64,000 nucleotides of DNA, from assembly GCA_025055755.1 (NCBI GenBank), contig JANWWF010000002.1, forward strand, positions 199,628 to 263,627. The letters run 5' to 3'. Position numbers and translations under genes: made by a program. The stretch is from Candidatus Kapaibacterium sp. (lineage in GTDB: Bacteria > Bacteroidota > Ignavibacteria > Kapaibacteriales > NICIL-2). How positions within the stretch are numbered: position 1 is the first letter of the stretch; every line of letters begins with the position of its first letter. The notes under the pieces were generated by a model. It had not been told where the DNA came from, made no database searches, and saw only the letters and a program-made list of their open reading frames with translations. This document shows, one piece after another, positions 1-8,180 of the stretch.

Positions 1-727
1 CTGTTGCAACGCAGAGTAATCCCCCATGCTGATGTATGCGTTCAGCAAGCTCGCGGTAATCTTCGATAGCACCATAGCCATTCGGGTACTGGACTATTCC
101 CCCGATAAGCTGGTCATCGAATTTCCACTGCTGCCATGGTGCAATACGGAGTTCTATTCCTACGGCGTTACAGCGAGTTTGGAGAACTGCAATGGTCTGG
201 GGGAAAAGCGTGTCGTCGGCATAAACAACATTTCGCGTGCTGGTATGGCCCGCGATTGAAAACATCATATGGACAGCTTCGGCGACTGCTGTTGCTTCGT
301 CGAGCAGAGAGGCGTTAGAAATTTCCATACCAGTCAGATCGCTCACCATTGTCTGAAAGGTCAGTAAAGCCTCCAAGCGTCCCTGGGCGATTTCCGACTG
401 ATAAGGCGTGTATGGGGTGTACCAGCCCGGATTCTCGAGGATGTTCCGCTGGATGACTGGAGGAGTGATAGTTCCGTAGTACCCCATGCCGATAAATGAC
501 CGATAGAGCTTGTTGCGCCCGGCAAGATGGCGAAGTCGTGCAAGGACTTCGTGTTCACTCAGGGGAGGTGGAAGCTCAAGCTGAGCATTGAGCCGAATAT
601 CAGAAGGAACAACAGCACGAGTGAACTCCTCAAGAGAGCTGAAGCCGACGGTCGCGAGCATTTGGTCTATTTCGGCAGAGCGGGGACCAATATGACGTTG
701 GGCGAATGACTGGCAGGAATTGCTCAT
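1..727 (-). CDS. gcvP: Glycine dehydrogenase (decarboxylating) P-protein, N-terminal part (gene continues beyond window start)
   Basis: Manual translation of minus strand from ATG at 727 gives MSNSCQSFAQRHIGPRS...ILENPGWYTPYTPYQSEIAQGRLEALLTFQTMVSDLTGMEISNASLLDEATAVAEA, the conserved GcvP N-terminal motifs; open frame continues to position 1 (not in ORF track because no stop in window). Confidence 0.85.
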   Translation of the reverse strand, partial: MSNSCQSFAQRHIGPRSAEIDQMLATVGFSSLEEFTRAVVPSDIRLNAQLELPPPLSEHEVLARLRHLAGRNKLYRSFIGMGYYGTITPPVIQRNILENPGWYTPYTPYQSEIAQGRLEALLTFQTMVSDLTGMEISNASLLDEATAVAEAVHMMFSIAGHTSTRNVVYADDTLFPQTIAVLQTRCNAVGIELRIAPWQQWKFDDQLIGGIVQYPNGYGAIEDYRELAERIHQHGGLLCVAT

Positions 728-757
728 AGGTATGTTAAGGGTTGGTGCATGGTTCGG

Positions 758-797
758 ATAAAACAAAAGCCCACTTGGAACAGTAAGAGTGGGCTTT
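758..797 (-). terminator. Hairpin (aagcccact/agtgggctt, 9 bp) followed on the minus strand by U-run, immediately 3' of tRNA-Asp
   Basis: Inverted repeat 767-775/788-796 with A-run 761-766 on plus strand (U-run on minus). Confidence 0.4.
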
Positions 798-801
798 GGA
801 G

Positions 802-875
802 CGGAACCGACGGGACTCGAACCCGCGACCTCTGCCTTGACAGGGCAGCGCTCTAACCAGCTGAGCTACGATTCC
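802..875 (-). tRNA. tRNA-Asp (anticodon GTC)
   Basis: Reverse complement folds as cloverleaf: acceptor GGAATCG/CGGTTCC, D-arm GCTC..GAGC, anticodon stem-loop CTGCC-CTGTCAA-GGCAG, T-arm GCGGG-TTCGAGT-CCCGT, discriminator G; CCA not encoded. Confidence 0.85.
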
Positions 876-898
876 TCGGTAATACTTCTGATGCGGTG

Positions 899-971
<73 letters not shown>

Positions 972-1099
972 ACCGCAAAAATTCATGAGCATGCAAAAAT
1001 ACGGTATGGATGCTCTACGGCACAAGGGCAATTGGGAAAGGAGCTGGCAAGACCGCTCGAAAAAGCTTGCACTATGCATTTTTGTACTAACGTGTTCCT

Positions 1100-2242
1100 T
1101 TGTGCGCGCTTATGCTGTTAACCAAGGCGGAAGAGTTACTCTTCCATCTGTTTGAGGAGCACGCAGCCAATGTTCGTGCTCAGCAAGCAGAAGAACTCTG
1201 GCATGCGATTCTTCATGCCCGCGCCAATCCTATTACTCATGGCACACGTGCTCTCTTCCTCCACTGGGCAGAGGCAGAAATGGTGCAACTGGTTGGGGAT
1301 TGGACGTTTTGGCAACCAAGTGCACCGATGCATAAAGTAGCTGGAACAAAACTCCATTACATAGTGCTCGAGTTCCCCGATGATGCGCGTTTGCAATACA
1401 AGCTTGTTGTCGATGGTAACTGGCAGCTTGATCCTGCTAACGCACGAGTGGTAGAAGAAGGATTCGGGCAAAACAATGAATTTTGGATGCCTCGTTACCG
1501 CGATAGGTCTTATCTGGACATCGGGAGAAGTGTCCCTCAGGGCATTATTGAGCAGGAGTATGTGGAAAGTGCAGTACTCACTTCGCATCGCGAGGTGTAT
1601 TTCTATCGTCCCGTTCTTCCGACGAAAGAATTACCCCTGAACCTTCTTCTGGTGCATGATGGCGAAGAAGCAATCCGCCTGGGCAAATTTCCAACTATTC
1701 TCGACAATCTTCATGCTCTTGGGCTTATCCAGCCAACGGCGGCGTGCTTTCTTCCTCCCCGCGACCGGAATTGGGAATATGCCGTTAGCGATGCCTACAT
1801 TAGCTTTTGCGTCGAGGAGGTATTGCCGTTGGCTGTGCGTTGGTTTAGCGAGCAAGGCATACGCGTAGGTTCTTCGCCCGCCACAGTTGGTGTCGTGGGA
1901 GCTTCCTTAGGGGGGCTCCTTGCGACGAAGACAGCGTTGCTTTACCCTGATGCAGTTCGAAAGGTTCTGGCACAATCCCCCTCGTATTGGTGGAACAAAG
2001 GAGGTATTTTTCGCATGCCTGAATTGGTCAATGCACGCCGACTCCATGTCGTACTGCAAACGGGAACCATCTGTGACGCAAGAGAACTAAGCTCCCTAAT
2101 GGCACGACGACTACAGCTGCTTGGCGCTCGGGTAGATTACTTCGAATACTCCCAAGGGCATACGTGGGGCAATTGGCGAACAACCTTTGCCGATGGAGTC
2201 CGGGCGCTGTTTCCCCCTGAACAAACATTTGGTATCACATAA
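1100..2242 (+). CDS. Alpha/beta-hydrolase esterase (enterochelin-esterase/esterase-D-like) with N-terminal E-set/Ig-like domain
   Basis: 380-aa ORF; GASLGG nucleophile-elbow motif, overall resemblance to putative esterase (Fes/esterase D) family with N-terminal beta-sandwich domain. Confidence 0.55.
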   Translation: MCALMLLTKAEELLFHLFEEHAANVRAQQAEELWHAILHARANPITHGTRALFLHWAEAEMVQLVGDWTFWQPSAPMHKVAGTKLHYIVLEFPDDARLQYKLVVDGNWQLDPANARVVEEGFGQNNEFWMPRYRDRSYLDIGRSVPQGIIEQEYVESAVLTSHREVYFYRPVLPTKELPLNLLLVHDGEEAIRLGKFPTILDNLHALGLIQPTAACFLPPRDRNWEYAVSDAYISFCVEEVLPLAVRWFSEQGIRVGSSPATVGVVGASLGGLLATKTALLYPDAVRKVLAQSPSYWWNKGGIFRMPELVNARRLHVVLQTGTICDARELSSLMARRLQLLGARVDYFEYSQGHTWGNWRTTFADGVRALFPPEQTFGIT

Positions 2243-2253
2243 TTGCAACCTTT

Positions 2254-3441
2254 ATGGAACGAACTGTACTCTGCATTGCTGGTGCTCTCTTTGGTCGTCC
2301 CTTTTTGTTGGAAGCAAAGCGGTTAGGGTGGCGCGTGTTTTTGATGACGGAGGAAAAATACCTTCACGAGGCATGGCCCCGCGACCAGATAGATGAAATC
2401 TTTGCCGTGCCTGATCTCTACGATGAGAAGGTGGTCCGAAATGTTGTGACCTACCTTGCCCGCACAACTCGCTTTGACCGTATTGTTGGCTTGGGGGAGT
2501 TTGATATTGAGGTAGCAGCCGCACTGCGAGAGCACACCCGCATTGGGGGGATGGGTGAGACTACAGCGCGCTATTTCCGGGATAAACTTGCAATGCGCAT
2601 GAAGGCACGTGATGAGGGCATCCGCGTCCCAGAGTTTGTTCGTATTCTCTATCATCCCGATGTTGCTGAGTTCATGGAACGTGTAGAGCCGCCGTGGGTA
2701 CTCAAGCCCCGAATGGGTGCCTCCTCTGCACGAGTACGAAAGGTCTATCATCCCAATGAGGTATGGGAATGCCTTGAGCAGCTTGGCGATCGGCAGTCAT
2801 TCTACTTGCTCGAGCAGTACATTCCTGGGGATGTCTATCACGTGGATTCAATCGTGTGGCAGTATAAACCGGTTTTTGCGGTTGTCTCGCGCTACGGTAT
2901 GCCGATGCTGGATCTGAATACAAGCGGAGGAATCTTCACTACCCGTATGGTCCGCCGCAATAGCGAAGAGGAACGAGAACTTAAGAAGATGAATGCCCAG
3001 ATCATCAAAGCCTTCGGTCTCAAGCAAGGGGTTACGCACATCGAGTACATCCGCAGCAATGCTGATGGTCGGTTTTACTTTCTCGAAGCAGGAGCACGCG
3101 TAGGAGGGGCACGTATCCCCGATGTCATTTGGCATGCGACAGGGATTTGTTTGTGGCACGAGTGGGCACGATTGGAACTTCGAGATGACGATAACTACGC
3201 TCCCCCCAAACCAGAACGAAACTATGCGGGGGGAATCTTTACCCTTGCACGGCAGGAGTGGCCCGATATGAGTGCCTACACCGATCCGGAAATCTGCTGG
3301 GTGCAGCGTAAAAAGCACTATGCTGGACTCATCGTCAAATCACCTGACCCTCACCGCGTTGAAGAATTGCTCGCGCAGTACTATCCACGCTTTGTGCAAG
3401 ATTTTATGGCGCATGTGCCGCCAGACCACACAAAACTTTAG
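2254..3441 (+). CDS. ATP-grasp domain protein (carboxylate-amine ligase-like)
   Basis: 395-aa ORF; VLKPRMGASSARVRKV...LLEQYIPGDVYHVDSIV...FLEAGARVGG pattern typical of ATP-grasp fold. Confidence 0.5.
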   Translation: MERTVLCIAGALFGRPFLLEAKRLGWRVFLMTEEKYLHEAWPRDQIDEIFAVPDLYDEKVVRNVVTYLARTTRFDRIVGLGEFDIEVAAALREHTRIGGMGETTARYFRDKLAMRMKARDEGIRVPEFVRILYHPDVAEFMERVEPPWVLKPRMGASSARVRKVYHPNEVWECLEQLGDRQSFYLLEQYIPGDVYHVDSIVWQYKPVFAVVSRYGMPMLDLNTSGGIFTTRMVRRNSEEERELKKMNAQIIKAFGLKQGVTHIEYIRSNADGRFYFLEAGARVGGARIPDVIWHATGICLWHEWARLELRDDDNYAPPKPERNYAGGIFTLARQEWPDMSAYTDPEICWVQRKKHYAGLIVKSPDPHRVEELLAQYYPRFVQDFMAHVPPDHTKL

Positions 3442-3974
3442 TAATTTGACTCATCTCGCCACACTGCAATCTGCCATGGATCGGTGCTCCGGGAGCGAGT
3501 GAGGCGGAGATTTACCCGTCCCTGCACGCGGATAACGTCGCTGGGGGAGAAGGTGATTGTGAGTACAAAACCTCGGGCAATGTCGTAGGTGAGCGAATCT
3601 CCCGCTGAAAGAATTACGTCGTTCCACACCAGGTCTAAATTCTGCGCTGCTTGGAAAAGTCCATTCGTGGCAATCATTTCCTCATCGCGTCCCCATGACA
3701 GGTCAACACCGCGGTCGTAGTTACGGTAGAGAAATGTAAACGTCGGCGCTAAGAGTTTCCCGTATGTGAGGGTATCTTTTGTTTGATAGGCAATACGAAA
3801 GTTTTGGAATACACCTTCGGGAGTCCGCTGGTCACTGAGCCCTGCAATGGTTGCTGGTTCATCCATAAAGCGTGGTGCAAAAGGGTTAAGGCAGCCTACC
3901 AAGAAAAGGCTACATACTGCCGCCCAGGAAATACGAAATATCAATTTACCAGTAATGCTTTGAGCGTACTCCAT
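3438..3974 (-). CDS. Hypothetical lipoprotein
   Basis: 178-aa ORF with signal peptide and lipobox-like LVGC. Confidence 0.4.
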   Translation of the reverse strand: MEYAQSITGKLIFRISWAAVCSLFLVGCLNPFAPRFMDEPATIAGLSDQRTPEGVFQNFRIAYQTKDTLTYGKLLAPTFTFLYRNYDRGVDLSWGRDEEMIATNGLFQAAQNLDLVWNDVILSAGDSLTYDIARGFVLTITFSPSDVIRVQGRVNLRLTRSRSTDPWQIAVWRDESNY

Positions 3975-4555
3975 GTGTATGGAATCGAATCACTAGCAGG
4001 GGATGGAGCATCACGCCACCGGGATATTGCCCACAGACCAACACGGTTGGGAACGATTGTCCACCGTAATGTGCCCGCAACACGGGTTGGGACCGAAGGA
4101 AGCGCAATCGGAAGTTCGAGAGTATATAATGCCACATACACCGCTGAATCAGGGAGCCGAACGTCGAAACGCGCGTCGCTAAGCGTTAGCTTCGGGGCTT
4201 GGTCAGGGCCGAGTCTGCTTATCAATGCCAAAAAGGCTTGACGCTCTTCAGTGCGAGACCACAAAGCAAATTTATCACCAAAGCGGGCACCGGCTTCTGC
4301 CGATGGCTCATAGCGGTATTGTTGCTGGGATGAGTACCCTTGTGCCGTGTCAGCCAGACAGAGCATAAATGCTTCCGTGTTTTTTTGTGCGATAGCATTA
4401 AGGATATTCTGAACAACAATCAGTTCGCTGGTTGGTTGGTCAAACTGGAGTGAACCGCTACCCGGTGGTTCCGGCGTGCGTGTTGTAAATGCTTCGCATC
4501 CGCTTAAGGATAGGAAGCCGGCAAGAAGCATCCTCCATACCAACCTACTAAACAT
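3941..4555 (-). CDS. Hypothetical lipoprotein
   Basis: ORF with signal peptide + LSGC lipobox (start chosen at MFSRLVWRMLLAGFLSLSGC); overlaps recR stop by a few nt. Confidence 0.4.
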   Translation of the reverse strand: MFSRLVWRMLLAGFLSLSGCEAFTTRTPEPPGSGSLQFDQPTSELIVVQNILNAIAQKNTEAFMLCLADTAQGYSSQQQYRYEPSAEAGARFGDKFALWSRTEERQAFLALISRLGPDQAPKLTLSDARFDVRLPDSAVYVALYTLELPIALPSVPTRVAGTLRWTIVPNRVGLWAISRWRDAPSPASDSIPYTWSTLKALLVN

Positions 4556-5141
4556 TGCTTCGTCCCGCCAGTGCTCTTGAAAGTGTGGCTTCGTCTGCAA
4601 ATTCTAAGTCCATGCCTACGGGGACACCACGAGCAATCCGAGTTAGTCGTATGCCAAGCGGTGCGATAAGCTTAGCAAGGTAGTGCGTGGTTACTTCGCC
4701 CTCGACCGTTGGATTGAGCGCAAGAATGACTTCCACGAAGGTACCCCTTTGGAGGCGCTCCATCAAGGGTGCTATCTTGAGCTGTTCAGCTGTGATACCT
4801 TGCAACGGGTCCAGGGCTCCATGGAGAACATGATATAACCCGCGATATTCTCCTGTCCGTTCAATGGCGAAGACATCGCTTGGTTGCTCGACTACGCATA
4901 ATATATCGCGATCCCGATTCGGAGAGGTACACAGTGCGCAGGGATCTTGCTCGGTGAACGTGTAACACACAGAACAGTATTTGACACGCTCCTTGAGCTC
5001 TATCAATGCTTGAGCGAGAAGTTGCACCTGACTTTCCGGCTGCCGAAGCAGGTGAAACACTAAGCGTTGTGCCGATTTTCGTCCTATCGTTGGTAGCGAA
5101 CTAAGGGCTTCGATTGCACGCTCGATTGCAGGAGAATAGAC
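4548..5141 (-). CDS. recR: Recombination protein RecR
   Basis: MIVYSPAIERAIEALSSLPTIGRKSAQRLVFHLL..CSVCYTFTEQDPCALC (C4 zinc finger) followed by Toprim-like region; 197 aa. Upstream extension of the ORF to 5435 judged non-coding. Confidence 0.85.
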   Translation of the reverse strand, partial: VYSPAIERAIEALSSLPTIGRKSAQRLVFHLLRQPESQVQLLAQALIELKERVKYCSVCYTFTEQDPCALCTSPNRDRDILCVVEQPSDVFAIERTGEYRGLYHVLHGALDPLQGITAEQLKIAPLMERLQRGTFVEVILALNPTVEGEVTTHYLAKLIAPLGIRLTRIARGVPVGMDLEFADEATLSRALAGRSNV

Positions 5142-5264
5142 TATCATCGAGATACCGCAAAGTTTTGCTTGCGAAACTACAGTGAGCTTTGTTGGTGTTT
5201 GTGTCAATAAACGCCGCAAGTGGCGTTGTATTTTCGTGCCAACATTCTGCCCCCTGGATGTACT

Positions 5265-6551
5265 ATGAACGAGACAATTCAAATTAGTCCGCTGGCGACA
5301 CTTGAACGCGTCCGCAAAGTACGTCAAGAAAAAATTTACAAAGAGCTCCTCGATCGCGACACAATGGTGTTGTTTGAGGACCCGCTGGAAAATGACATGG
5401 TTCTCAATATGGGTCCTCAACATCCAGCGACGCATGGAGTGCTGCGCGTGCTTCTCCGGCTTGATGGCGAGACGGTTGTCAAGTGTGTGCCAGAGCTAGG
5501 TTACCTTCACCGCGGATATGAAAAGCTTGCCGAAAACTGTACCTATGTGGAGTTTATACCTCACACCGACCGGCTTGACTATTTAGCGCCAATGTCGAAC
5601 AATGTGGGAATTGCGTTGGCCATTGAAAATGCAATGGGGATTGAGGCACCGCCGCGGGCACAATGGATACGGACACTTGTCTGTGAACTTGCGCGGATTT
5701 CCTCGCATCTCCTTGCTACTGGCGCCACTGCAATGGATGTTGGGGCATTGACCGTCTTTTTGTGGACCTTTGCCGAGCGCGAAAAGCTCTACGACATTTT
5801 TGAGTTGATCTGCGGAGCACGGTTCACTACAAGTTACACCCGTATCGGGGGAGTGGCAAACGATATTCCTGACTGGGTACTCCGAAAGATACGTGACTGG
5901 GCCGATCAATTCATTGGGCAGCTGGAGGATGTCGAGAAGATCTTATCCCGCAACCGTATCTTCATTGATCGAATGGCAGGAGTTGGGTATTGCTCTGCAG
6001 AGAAAGCGATTGCGTTGGGGTTGACGGGCCCAGTTCTTCGCGCTTCGGGGGTCGAGCGAGACTTGCGACGCGATCAGCCGTATTTGCTCTATGACCAGTT
6101 GGAGTTCGATGTCATCGTCGAGCATGACTGCGATTGTTATGCACGGTTTATGGTGCGATTACGCGAGATGCGCGAGTCAATTCGCATGATTTATCAGCTC
6201 CTGGATAAGCCAGTACCCGGGGAGGTACGGCTCAACGACCCAATTCATGTTACTCCACGCAAATACGAGATTTACACGAAGATGGAGGAGCTCATTGCCG
6301 ATTTCATGATAATCAATTTTGGTCCACCTGCTCCGCCGGGAGAGACATACACGGCGATTGAGTCCCCCAAAGGAGAGCTTGGATTTTTCATCGTGGCAGA
6401 TGGTACTGGGTATCCGTGGAAATTGAAGATTCGCTCTCCTTCAGCTGCGAACTTGCAGGCAATGTCGCACATGGCGGAAGGTTCGATGGTCGCCGATATC
6501 GTGGCGATCATTGGAGGCATCGATCCAGTAATGGGCGAAGCAGATAAATGA
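5265..6551 (+). CDS. nuoD: NADH-quinone oxidoreductase subunit D (49-kDa subunit) homolog
   Basis: MVLNMGPQHPATHGVLRVLLRLDGETVVKCVPELGYLHRGYEKLAE... strongly conserved NuoD/Nqo4 motifs; no other nuo genes flank it. Confidence 0.8.
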   Translation: MNETIQISPLATLERVRKVRQEKIYKELLDRDTMVLFEDPLENDMVLNMGPQHPATHGVLRVLLRLDGETVVKCVPELGYLHRGYEKLAENCTYVEFIPHTDRLDYLAPMSNNVGIALAIENAMGIEAPPRAQWIRTLVCELARISSHLLATGATAMDVGALTVFLWTFAEREKLYDIFELICGARFTTSYTRIGGVANDIPDWVLRKIRDWADQFIGQLEDVEKILSRNRIFIDRMAGVGYCSAEKAIALGLTGPVLRASGVERDLRRDQPYLLYDQLEFDVIVEHDCDCYARFMVRLREMRESIRMIYQLLDKPVPGEVRLNDPIHVTPRKYEIYTKMEELIADFMIINFGPPAPPGETYTAIESPKGELGFFIVADGTGYPWKLKIRSPSAANLQAMSHMAEGSMVADIVAIIGGIDPVMGEADK

Positions 6552-7180
6552 TGCCTGCCATCTGTGGCGACAATGGCAAACAGCTGCAGTCCTATCCAGG
6601 CACACCCGAGCGCCAAGCGAAAATTCTCCGCATGCTCGAACGCCGACAGCCGACACTTACAATTATTCTGGAAAATGTGCATGATCCGCACAATGTATCG
6701 GCAGTGATTCGCTCATGCGATGCAGTGGGGGTGCTTGACGTCCATTTGGTGTACACAGGCGGACAGCAATTCCCTGAACTGGGGGAGCGATCCAGTGCCA
6801 GCGCGCGAAAATGGGTGCGCCTGGTGAAGCATCGAAGCATAAGTGAATGTTACGCGGCTCTTCGTGCAAAAGGGATGCAGATTATTTCAACCTGCTTAGG
6901 GCGCCCTGCGGTGAGTCTGTATGCATTAGACATGACACGGCCGGTAGCAATTGCCTTTGGTAACGAGCACAGTGGGTTGAGCGAAGAAGCATGCCAGGGG
7001 GCAGATGTTAACATGGTCATCCCTCAAATGGGTATGGTCCAGAGTCTCAACATATCGGTTGCATGCGCGGTTACCCTTTTCGAAGCTATGCGCCAACGTC
7101 TGCAGCAGGGTATGTATGATGTTCCTCAGCTAAGCCCTGCAGAACTCGATGCATTGCTGACATATTTTCTGGCCCTATGA
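6548..7180 (+). CDS. SpoU/TrmH-family RNA 2'-O-methyltransferase
   Basis: 210 aa; ILENVHDPHNVSAVIRSCDAVGV ... AFGNEHSGLS ... SLNISVACAV motifs of SpoU class MTases; start ATG overlaps nuoD stop (ATGA). Confidence 0.75.
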   Translation: MMPAICGDNGKQLQSYPGTPERQAKILRMLERRQPTLTIILENVHDPHNVSAVIRSCDAVGVLDVHLVYTGGQQFPELGERSSASARKWVRLVKHRSISECYAALRAKGMQIISTCLGRPAVSLYALDMTRPVAIAFGNEHSGLSEEACQGADVNMVIPQMGMVQSLNISVACAVTLFEAMRQRLQQGMYDVPQLSPAELDALLTYFLAL

Positions 7181-8169
7181 ATAGACAGTGGTCTGGAGGG
7201 GCTGCCGCTGAACGTGTCCTGTGGCAGGTGTTCATCGCAAGCATGTTGATTGCAATGGTGAGCGGAGCAGTGGTGGCTTTGCACTATCAACCCTCATTTC
7301 ATCCACTCCAGGGGAAGGTGTATGTGGCTACAACCCCAATCGTTGACGGAGTAGGCGATACCCTCCTTCGTTCCCAAGAGCTTGTCCTGCTCGATAGCAT
7401 TCCTCAGCATCACGGCACTTTGGTTCCTGTTGGTGATACACTGCTCAAATGGAATGAAGCCCTTTTGTCCCATGCCTCTATAGTGCGTGCTGAAGCAGGG
7501 GCAATACTGGTTGCAACTCACCAGGTGGCAACATCAGTGGTCATAAGTGCAATTCTACTGCTTGTGCTACTACACATTCTCTGGGGCTACCAGAAACGAC
7601 TTCCTGTAGGGCTACTGCTTGTCTTGCTTGTTCTACTTGAAACCACTTCCTGGCTGGGAACTGTACTTCCCGGAGATCAGCGTGCGTTTGATGCATATAG
7701 CATTGGGCGCTCACTTATTGTGGACAATCTGCCGATTGTGGGCGATGTTGTTGCCCCGCTTCTTCCAACGGATGCAAACGCAGCGCGCGTATTTGCTCTC
7801 CACGCGCTGTGGCTCCCAGCAGTAGTTGGTGGGCTAATCTACGGCCTTAGCACTTTGTGGCAACGTCCTATTGAGCATGGAATAATGGCGGCCACAGCGG
7901 TAGGCATCTGTGGAATAGGAATCTGGAGTGGGCTTAGTACCCCCCCTGTCCTGGTGCACACGACAAGCGCGCCAGTATGGCATCTTGCGGTACCCTATGC
8001 TCTGTTCCACGTTTTGCCAGCAGATGCAACGATGCTCATGTGTGTAGGATGGTGGTCCTTAGCTGTCATGTGTGGGGCAAGTAGAATACTGCTTGTCCGA
8101 GTCGTAGGTGCTTTGTTGGTAGCAATATGGCTTGTGGGGAGTGGTGTCATCAGTATTGCATGGCAATAG
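7177..8169 (+). CDS. Polytopic membrane protein with cytochrome b N-terminal-domain-like sequence (divergent)
   Basis: 330 aa, ~7 TM helices; segments VVALHYQPS, SWLGTVLPGDQRAF, NLPIVGDVVAPLL...RVFALHALWLP resemble cytochrome b helices A-D, but His spacing is not the canonical 13-14 residues; ATGA overlap with upstream gene. Confidence 0.4.
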   Translation: MNRQWSGGAAAERVLWQVFIASMLIAMVSGAVVALHYQPSFHPLQGKVYVATTPIVDGVGDTLLRSQELVLLDSIPQHHGTLVPVGDTLLKWNEALLSHASIVRAEAGAILVATHQVATSVVISAILLLVLLHILWGYQKRLPVGLLLVLLVLLETTSWLGTVLPGDQRAFDAYSIGRSLIVDNLPIVGDVVAPLLPTDANAARVFALHALWLPAVVGGLIYGLSTLWQRPIEHGIMAATAVGICGIGIWSGLSTPPVLVHTTSAPVWHLAVPYALFHVLPADATMLMCVGWWSLAVMCGASRILLVRVVGALLVAIWLVGSGVISIAWQ

Positions 8170-8180
8170 GAGGAAAGTGA

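Noticed and set aside
1136-1588. 150-aa antisense ORF inside the esterase gene
   Set aside because: It lies entirely within a well-supported coding region on the opposite strand and has no recognizable motifs.
5142-5435. N-terminal extension of the recR ORF (MRRWMLRTHIENH...)
   Set aside because: RecR homology starts at MIVYSPAIERAIE (5141). The upstream 98 codons show no RecR-like sequence and would collide with the divergent nuoD promoter/5' end.
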